From assembly GCA_964016885.1 (NCBI GenBank), contig OZ024743.1, forward strand, positions 139,996,001 through 140,060,000: DNA of 64,000 bases, written 5' to 3'. The stretch's first letter is position 1, and each line of letters opens with the position of its first letter. Below are positions 54,557-64,000 of the stretch, piece by piece. Under the pieces are notes generated by a model. It was not told the origin of the DNA. It saw only the letters and a list, made by a program, of their open reading frames with translations, and ran no database searches. The position numbers were made by a program, and so were the translations under genes. The stretch comes from Eledone cirrhosa. Lineage: Eukaryota.

Positions 54557-57500
54557 TTAATACACATATATATGTGTAAATATATATATACACATATATA
54601 TGTGTAAATATATATATACACATATATATATACACATATATATGTGTAAATATATATATATACATATATATGTATGTATGTATATATATATATATAAACA
54701 CCATTAAAAACTCCATTGAAAAGCTCATAAAAACTCATTAAAAACCCAATAAAAAGCACACTAAACCACCATTAAAAGCTACATCCGAAACCCATTAAAA
54801 ACTATATTAAAACACCATTAAAATTCCATTAAAAACCACATTAAAATCCATTAAAAATCCAATTAAAAACAGTAAAAACTTAATTGTAAACGTAATCGAA
54901 AGCGCAAGTAAAACAACATTAAAACCATTTAACACCCCATTAAAACCCACAAAAATACCACCAGAACCCATTAAAATCCCATAACCGCCATTAAAATTCC
55001 ATTAAAAATATTATCAAAAACTTCATTTAAAACACACTGGAAACCCATTAAACTTCATAATTCTCGTTAAAAAAATCCATTAAAAACTCAATCAAAAACC
55101 CAATTAAAAGGCCATAAAAGAAACATTAAAACAGCATTTAAAATACCATTAAAAACGCCATAAAAAACATTAAAATCCCATTAAAAATACATTAAAGGCC
55201 CATTAAAAATTCCACTAAAAACCTCATTGAAAACCCCATTTAAAACCTAATTAGAAGCTCATAAAAACTCCCAAAACCCAATAAAAAAACCATTAAAACG
55301 TCATTAAAACGTCATAAAACGCTATTAAAACGTCATTAAAAATGTCATTAAAAACTCCATTGATAACTCAATTAAAAACTGCATTTTACCCCCTCCTCCC
55401 CCATTAAAAACACATTAAACACTCCATTAAAATTACCATTAAAAACCAATTAAATACTCCATTAAACACTATATTAAAACCGCAATTATAAATTCTTTAA
55501 AAATCCAATTAAAAAACATATTATAAACTCCATTAAAAATCCAATTAAAAACCCTACTGAAAATCCCATTATAAAATTACATAAAAAACCCATAATAATA
55601 GTCCTTTAAAAAACCAATTAAAAATCCTATTAAAACGCCATAAAAAACACCATTAAAACGTCATTAAAAATACAATTGAAAACACCATTAAAAACTACAT
55701 TGCAAATTCCATTAAAAGACCCATTAAAAACTCCATTAAAAACACCACTAAAAAGTCCATTAAAAAGCTCATAAAACCCATTAAAATACAATTAATAACC
55801 AATTAACACTCCATTAAAAACCATTACAACCGTCATTAAAATGCCATAAAATACCATTAAAACGCCATTAAGAACGCCATTAAAATCGTCATTAAAAACC
55901 TCATTAAAAACTACATTAAAACTTCATTAAAAACTCCATTAAAACCTACATTATAAACTCTATTAAACTCCATTAAAAACTCAATTAAATCCCCCATTAA
56001 ACCCCCATTAAGCCCCATTAAAAGCCCCTGAAAAATGCAACTAAAAACAAATTTTAAAACCCCATTAAAACACAATTAAAAGTCCATTGGAAACCCCATT
56101 AAAATTCCATTAAAAATTCATTAAAAACTTAGTAAAAACTCGATTTTATACTCAATTAAAAAGGTAATTGAAAACTCAATTAGCACACCATTAAAAACTC
56201 ATTAAAAAGCCCATAAAAACTCCATAAAAAATCTAATTGAAAAACATTAAAAATTCAGTTAAAAACCTGATTGAAAACCCCAATAAAAGTTCATTAAAAA
56301 AACTCCATTAAAAAATCAATCAAAACCCCATTAAAATAACATTGAAACTTATCGAAGCGTCATTAAGGATACCATTAAAAAACACCATTAAAACGGCATT
56401 GAAAACCCATTATAAAAAATTAAAGGGTCCGTAAAAAACACCATTATAAATCCATTAAAAACCTAATTGAAAAACCCATTAAAACTCAATTTTTAAACTA
56501 GATTAAAAACGCAATTAAAAACGCAATTAAAAGCTCAATGAAAAACCATTAAAAACACCATTAAAAACTCTAAAAAAAGAGCACTAGCCATTAAAACTCC
56601 ATTAAAACACATTGAAACCTACTACCCCCATTAAACCCCATTAAAATTGCATTAACCACATTACACATCCATTAAAGCCCATTAGACGGACCATCAAATA
56701 TTTAAATTTAAACTAAATCAGAAACTCGCTTAAAACACCATTAAAAACACATTAAAATGTCACTAATACCATTAACAACCACACCAAAAACTCCATTAAT
56801 ATACCATTAAAAACCGCATTGAAAACCCATAAAATCCCAAGTAAAGATCTTTTAAAAAACTACATTAAAAACCCAATTAAAAAACCCATTAAAACGCCAT
56901 AAAAGTCATTAAAACGTCATTTAAAGTACCATTAAAAACGTCACTAGAAACCCAATTAAAAACACATTAAAAATTCCATTTGAAACCATATTAAAAATTT
57001 CATTAAATGCAATATTGAAAAACCCATTAAAAACACCAGTGAAAACTCATATAAATACTCAATTAAAAAACCAATTAAAAATCCTATTTAAACGTCACTA
57101 AAACACCATAAAAAACACAATTAAAACGTCATTAAAACACCATTAAACTATCATTAAAAATTACATTGAAAACACCATTAAAATTCAATTAAAACCCCAT
57201 TAAAAATCCATTAAAAAGATCATCATGAACGCACTTAAATACCATCAAAAACGCATTAAAAATTAAATTAAAAAGCAATTAATTTTTTTTATCAAACCCC
57301 CATTAAAATTCCATTAAACACTCCATTAAAAACAACATTGAAAACCCCCATTAAAAGCTCATACAAAATTATATTAAAAACCCAATAAAAAACAATTACA
57401 ACGCCATTAAAACATCATAAAAACTCATTAAAATGTCATTTAAAATGCCATTAAAACCCTCACGGGGGGAAACGCAATTAAAAACACCATTAGAAATTTC

Positions 57501-58403
57501 ATTAAAAACTCCATTAAAAATCATATTTAAAGTCAATTAGAACCCTTATTATAAATTCCATTAAAACCCATTAAGTATCCAATTGAAAAATCCATTAAGA
57601 GCTCATTAAAAATACTCCATTAAAAACCCAATTAAAAATCATTAAAACGCATTTAAACACCATAAAAACACAATTAAAACGCCATTAAAAACTCCATTAA
57701 AACATCCTTGAATCTATTAAAAATTTCATTAAAAACGCAATCAAAAATTCCATTAAAAACCCATTTAAAAACTCATAAACAACACCATTGAAAACCCAAT
57801 TAAAAACTCCATAAAAAACCCATCAAACACCATCGAAAATCCCATTAAAACACCATTAAAAAGCCATTAAAACCCAATTTTAAACGCAATTAAAAACTGA
57901 ATTAAAACACTATTAAAAACTCATAAAAAAAGGCTCATAAATAATGGGGTTTTCAATTGTTTTTTATGAAATTTATAATATGGCTTTTAATGAACTTTTT
58001 AATGGGCTTTTAGTGGAGTTTTTAATGGATTTTTATGGAATTTTTAATGACATTATTAATGGTTTTTTAATTGGGCTTTTTGTGATGTTTTAATGGCGTT
58101 TTTATGACATTTTATTGTGTTTTGTGGCGTTTTAATGGCGTTTTAATTGGTTTGTTATTGGGTTTTTAATAGAGTTTTATGAACTTTTAATATGGGGTTA
58201 ATGGGTTTTGAATGTGTTTTCAATGGAACTTTTAATTGAGTTTTTAATGAAATTTCTAATGGGATGTGTAATTGAATTTTTAATTGGTTTTTAATGGGTT
58301 TAGTGGGTTTATAGTGGAGTTTTTAATGGTGTTTTAATGGTGCTTCGATTGAGTTTTTAATTGAGTTTTTAATTGAGTTTTTACTGAGTTTTTAATTGAG
58401 TTC

Positions 58404-58789
58404 TTATTTTATTTTATTTTATTTTATTTATTTTTTATATTTAATTTTTTTTTATTTTTTTTTATTTTATTTTATTTTTATTTATTTTATTTTATTTTAT
58501 TTTATTTTATTTTATTTTATTTTATTTATTTTATTTTATTTTATTTATATTTTTTAGTTTTTTTTATTTTATTTTATTTTATTTTTTTTATTTTATTTTA
58601 TTTTATTTTATTTTATTTTATTTTATTTTATTTTATTTTATTTTATTTTATTTTATTTTTTATTTTATTTTATTTTATTTTATTTTATTTTATTTTATTT
58701 TATTTTATTTTATTTTATTTTATTTTATTTTATTTTATTTTATTTTATTTTATTTTATTTTATTTTATTTTATTTTATTTTATTTTATT
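58404..58789. repeat. (ATTTT)n tract (unit 3)
   Basis: As in unit 1; the longest copy. Confidence 0.97.
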
Positions 58790-59738
58790 GAGTTTTTAAT
58801 TTAGTTTATAATTTAGTTTATAACTTAGTTTATAATTTAGTTTATTTCTCCCTCTTCTCCCCCTACTGTCCTCTACAGCCAGATCTGCCTTTCTTTACCC
58901 CTCCCAAGTCTCTTCCCTCTTCTCCCCCTACTGTCCTCTACAGCCTGATCTGCCTTTCTTTACCCCTCCCTAGTCTCTTCATTATTCAGTTTTGTTTTTA
59001 TCTTTCTAAAACATCCTAGTTTTAATGAAATTAAAAGGAAATAGCAATCGCTATAAGTGTGCAAGCCAGCATGTAACTTCATGTGTGTGTGTTTTTAATG
59101 GAGTTTTTAATTGAGTTTTAATGGAGTTTTAATTGAGTTTATAATGGAGATTTAAATGGAATTTTTAATTGAGTTTTAATGTAGTTTTAATGGTGTTTTA
59201 TGCCGTTTTAATGGTATTTTAATGGGGTTTTTATTTGGCTTTTTATAAAGTTTTGGGTGCGCTTTTAATGGGGGTTTAATGGGTTTTCAGTGTAGTTTTT
59301 AATGACATTTTTAATGGTTTTCCAATGGTACCTTAGTGGTGTGTTAATGCAATTTTAATTGGTTTAATGGGCTTTTAATTGTGTTTTTAATGGTGTTTTA
59401 ATTGAGTTTTTAATTGCGTTTTAATTGAGTTTTTATTTCGGTTTAAATTTGAGGTTTTAATGTCTTTTCGAGGGGGGGGTTTAATGGGTGTTTTAATGGA
59501 GTTTTAATGGGGACTTTTAATGGAAACTTTAATTTTGTTTTAATTGGGTTTTTATGGGTTTCCAATGTGGTTTTTAATGGCGCTTTTATTGGCATTCTTA
59601 ATGATGTTTTAATTGTGTTTTAATGGGGGGTTTGGTTGGGGTTTTAATGGAGTGTTTTATGAGCTTATAATGGGGTTTTTAATGGGTTTTTCAAAATAGA
59701 TTTTTAATTGAATTTTTAATGTGGTTTTTAATGGGATT

Positions 59739-59799
<61 letters not shown>

Positions 59800-59862
59800 G
59801 TGTGTGTGTATATATATATATATAGTGTGTATGTATATATATATATATATATAGTGTGTGCG

Positions 59863-59892
<30 letters not shown>

Positions 59893-59894
<2 letters not shown>

Positions 59895-60288
59895 ACACAA
59901 ATATTAGCATATACATATTTTCTTAGTAATTGAGGATGTGTTTTTTATACATACATATGCATATTGCATCCATACATACACACATACAAGCATATACATA
60001 CACATACACACACATATATATACACACACTGTATATATATACATACACACACACACATATATATATATACACCACACACTATATATATATATAGTGTGTG
60101 TGTGTATATATATATGTGTGTGTGTGTGTATGTATATATATATATACAGTGTGTGTATATATGTGTGTGTGTATGTCTATGTATATGCTTGTATGTGTGT
60201 ATGTATGTATGTATGCAATATGCATATGTATGTATAAAAACACATCCTCAATGACTAAGAAATTATGTATATGCTAATATTTGTGTTA
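59893..60288. repeat. 396-bp palindrome (unit 4)
   Basis: Same termini and centre as unit 2. Confidence 0.95.
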
Positions 60289-60514
60289 GTGTCTATATAA
60301 ATGTATGTATGTAGTATATGCAAGTGTTCGTGCAAATTGAAAATAGATTTAATAATTTTAATAATATCTAGAACAATGTGATCTAAAAAAAATATTTTTT
60401 AAGATACGAATATATCGTTGTCAGCTTAATATGGCACTAACGCAAAATATAAATCCCAGTTTATATATAGTGTGTAACATGAAAGTGGAATATATATATA
60501 TATATATATATATA

Positions 60515-60569
<55 letters not shown>

Positions 60570-60663
60570 ATATATATATATATATATATATTTAATATAT
60601 ATATATATATATATATATTTAATATATATATATATATATTTAATATATATATATATATATATA

Positions 60664-60698
<35 letters not shown>

Positions 60699-60722
60699 AT
60701 ATATATATATATATATATTTAA

Positions 60723-60753
<31 letters not shown>

Positions 60754-63700
60754 TTAATACACATATATATGTGTAAATATATATATACACATATATATGT
60801 GTAAATATATATATACACATATATATATACACATATATATGTGTAAATATATATATATACATATATATGTATGTATGTATATATATATATATAAACACCA
60901 TTAAAAACTCCATTGAAAAGCTCATAAAAACTCATTAAAAACCCAATAAAAAGCACACTAAACCACCATTAAAAGCTACATCCGAAACCCATTAAAAACT
61001 ATATTAAAACACCATTAAAATTCCATTAAAAACCACATTAAAATCCATTAAAAATCCAATTAAAAACAGTAAAAACTTAATTGTAAACGTAATCGAAAGC
61101 GCAAGTAAAACAACATTAAAACCATTTAACACCCCATTAAAACCCACAAAAATACCACCAGAACCCATTAAAATCCCATAACCGCCATTAAAATTCCATT
61201 AAAAATATTATCAAAAACTTCATTTAAAACACACTGGAAACCCATTAAACTTCATAATTCTCGTTAAAAAAATCCATTAAAAACTCAATCAAAAACCCAA
61301 TTAAAAGGCCATAAAAGAAACATTAAAACAGCATTTAAAATACCATTAAAAACGCCATAAAAAACATTAAAATCCCATTAAAAATACATTAAAGGCCCAT
61401 TAAAAATTCCACTAAAAACCTCATTGAAAACCCCATTTAAAACCTAATTAGAAGCTCATAAAAACTCCCAAAACCCAATAAAAAAACCATTAAAACGTCA
61501 TTAAAACGTCATAAAACGCTATTAAAACGTCATTAAAAATGTCATTAAAAACTCCATTGATAACTCAATTAAAAACTGCATTTTACCCCCTCCTCCCCCA
61601 TTAAAAACACATTAAACACTCCATTAAAATTACCATTAAAAACCAATTAAATACTCCATTAAACACTATATTAAAACCGCAATTATAAATTCTTTAAAAA
61701 TCCAATTAAAAAACATATTATAAACTCCATTAAAAATCCAATTAAAAACCCTACTGAAAATCCCATTATAAAATTACATAAAAAACCCATAATAATAGTC
61801 CTTTAAAAAACCAATTAAAAATCCTATTAAAACGCCATAAAAAACACCATTAAAACGTCATTAAAAATACAATTGAAAACACCATTAAAAACTACATTGC
61901 AAATTCCATTAAAAGACCCATTAAAAACTCCATTAAAAACACCACTAAAAAGTCCATTAAAAAGCTCATAAAACCCATTAAAATACAATTAATAACCAAT
62001 TAACACTCCATTAAAAACCATTACAACCGTCATTAAAATGCCATAAAATACCATTAAAACGCCATTAAGAACGCCATTAAAATCGTCATTAAAAACCTCA
62101 TTAAAAACTACATTAAAACTTCATTAAAAACTCCATTAAAACCTACATTATAAACTCTATTAAACTCCATTAAAAACTCAATTAAATCCCCCATTAAACC
62201 CCCATTAAGCCCCATTAAAAGCCCCTGAAAAATGCAACTAAAAACAAATTTTAAAACCCCATTAAAACACAATTAAAAGTCCATTGGAAACCCCATTAAA
62301 ATTCCATTAAAAATTCATTAAAAACTTAGTAAAAACTCGATTTTATACTCAATTAAAAAGGTAATTGAAAACTCAATTAGCACACCATTAAAAACTCATT
62401 AAAAAGCCCATAAAAACTCCATAAAAAATCTAATTGAAAAACATTAAAAATTCAGTTAAAAACCTGATTGAAAACCCCAATAAAAGTTCATTAAAAAAAC
62501 TCCATTAAAAAATCAATCAAAACCCCATTAAAATAACATTGAAACTTATCGAAGCGTCATTAAGGATACCATTAAAAAACACCATTAAAACGGCATTGAA
62601 AACCCATTATAAAAAATTAAAGGGTCCGTAAAAAACACCATTATAAATCCATTAAAAACCTAATTGAAAAACCCATTAAAAATCAATTTTTAAACTAGAT
62701 TAAAAACGCAATTAAAAACGCAATTAAAAGCTCAATGAAAAACCATTAAAAACACCATTAAAAACTCTAAAAAAAAAAGAGCACTAGCCATTAAAACTCC
62801 ATTAAAACCCATTGAAACCTACTACCCCCATTAAACCCCATTAAAATTGCATTAAACACATTACACATCCATTAAAGCCCATTAGAAGGACCATCAAATA
62901 TTTAAATTTAAACTAAATCAGAAACTCGCTTAAAACACCATTAAAAACACATTAAAATGTCACTAATACCATTAACAACCACACCAAAAACTCCATTAAT
63001 ATACCATTAAAAACCGCATTGAAAACCCATAAAATCCCAAGTAAAGATCTTTTAAAAAACTACATTAAAAACCCAATTAAAAAACCCATTAAAACGCCAT
63101 AAAAGTCATTAAAACGTCATTTAAAGTACCATTAAAAACGTCACTAGAAACCCAATTAAAAACACATTAAAAATTCCATTTGAAACCATATTAAAAATTT
63201 CATTAAATGCAATATTGAAAAACCCATTAAAAACACCAGTGAAAACTCATATAAATACTCAATTAAAAAACAAATTAAAAATCCTATTTAAACGTCACTA
63301 AAACACCATAAAAAACACAATTAAAACGTCATTAAAACACCATTAAACTATCATTAAAAATTACATTGAAAACACCATTAAAAATTCAATTAAAACCCCA
63401 TTAAAAACCCATTAAAAAGATCATCATGAACGCACTTAAACACCATCAAAAACGCATTAAAAATTAAATTAAAAAGCAATTAATTTTTTTTATCAAACCC
63501 CCATTAAAATTCCATTAAACACTCCATTAAAAACAACATTGAAAACCCCCATTAAAAGCTCATACAAAATTATATTAAAAACCCAATAAAAAACAATTAC
63601 AACGCCATTAAAACATCATAAAAACTCATTAAAATGTCATTTAAAATGCCATTAAAACCCTCACGGGGGGAAACGCAATTAAAAACACCATTAGAAATTT

Positions 63701-64000
63701 CATTAAAAACTCCATTAAAAATCATATTTAAAGTCAATTAGAACCCTTATTATAAATTCCATTAAAACCCATTAAGTATCCAATTGAAAAATCCATTAAG
63801 AGCTCATTAAAAATACTCCATTAAAAACCCAATTAAAAATCATTAAAACGCATTTAAACACCATAAAAACACAATTAAAACGCCATTAAAAAGACCATTA
63901 AAAACTCCATTAAAACATCCTTGAATCTATTAAAAATTTCATTAAAAACGCAATCAAAAATTCCATTAAAAACCCATTTAAAACTCATAAACAACACCAT

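Larger units (their letters stand above)
40379..64000. repeat. Tandem macrosatellite with ~6.1-6.2-kb unit (3 full periods plus a partial 4th)
   Basis: Anchor AGCCAGATCTGCC at 40381, 46509, 52664 and 58877 (periods 6128, 6155, 6213). Units are near-identical apart from microsatellite lengths and scattered SNPs/indels. Confidence 0.98.

Noticed and set aside
41195-60956. YI/HT/CV-rich and FILFY ORFs in the macrosatellite
   Set aside because: These are translations of (TA)n, (CA)n/(TG)n, (ATTTT)n and the 12-bp satellite, with lengths and frames that vary between units.
40381-64000. Possibility that the 6.1-kb tandem unit is an rDNA, 5S, histone or snRNA gene array
   Set aside because: There are only ~300-400 bp of non-simple sequence per unit, with no recognisable rRNA, tRNA, snRNA or histone sequence.
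1-64000. Assigning an organism
   Set aside because: There are no genes or diagnostic markers; the composition only suggests an AT-rich, microsatellite-rich eukaryote.

Overview
Entirely repetitive, eukaryote-like DNA with no supportable protein-coding or RNA gene. Positions 1-~40383 are one ~40-kb, single-orientation heptamer satellite, consensus CACCAA(G/A) (minus strand (C/T)TTGGTG). It has recurring variant domains and kb-scale higher-order duplications of ~2.1, ~5.1 and ~2.8 kb. It joins, through a 5-bp ACAGC microhomology, a tandem ~6.1-6.2-kb macrosatellite (3 full periods plus a partial 4th, to 64000). Each unit contains a 65-bp pyrimidine-rich duplication, a degenerate 11-12-bp CCATTAAAA satellite in both orientations (fold-back architecture), a 396-bp spacerless palindrome, (TA)n complexes and an (ATTTT)n tract. 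All listed ORFs are artefacts of low-complexity composition. The best candidate for something new is a chromosome end or heterochromatin boundary with a non-canonical, recombination-maintained G-rich heptamer array abutting a palindrome-bearing macrosatellite. The telomere interpretation is inference, not demonstrated. Coordinates were counted by eye and boundaries are approximate where stated.
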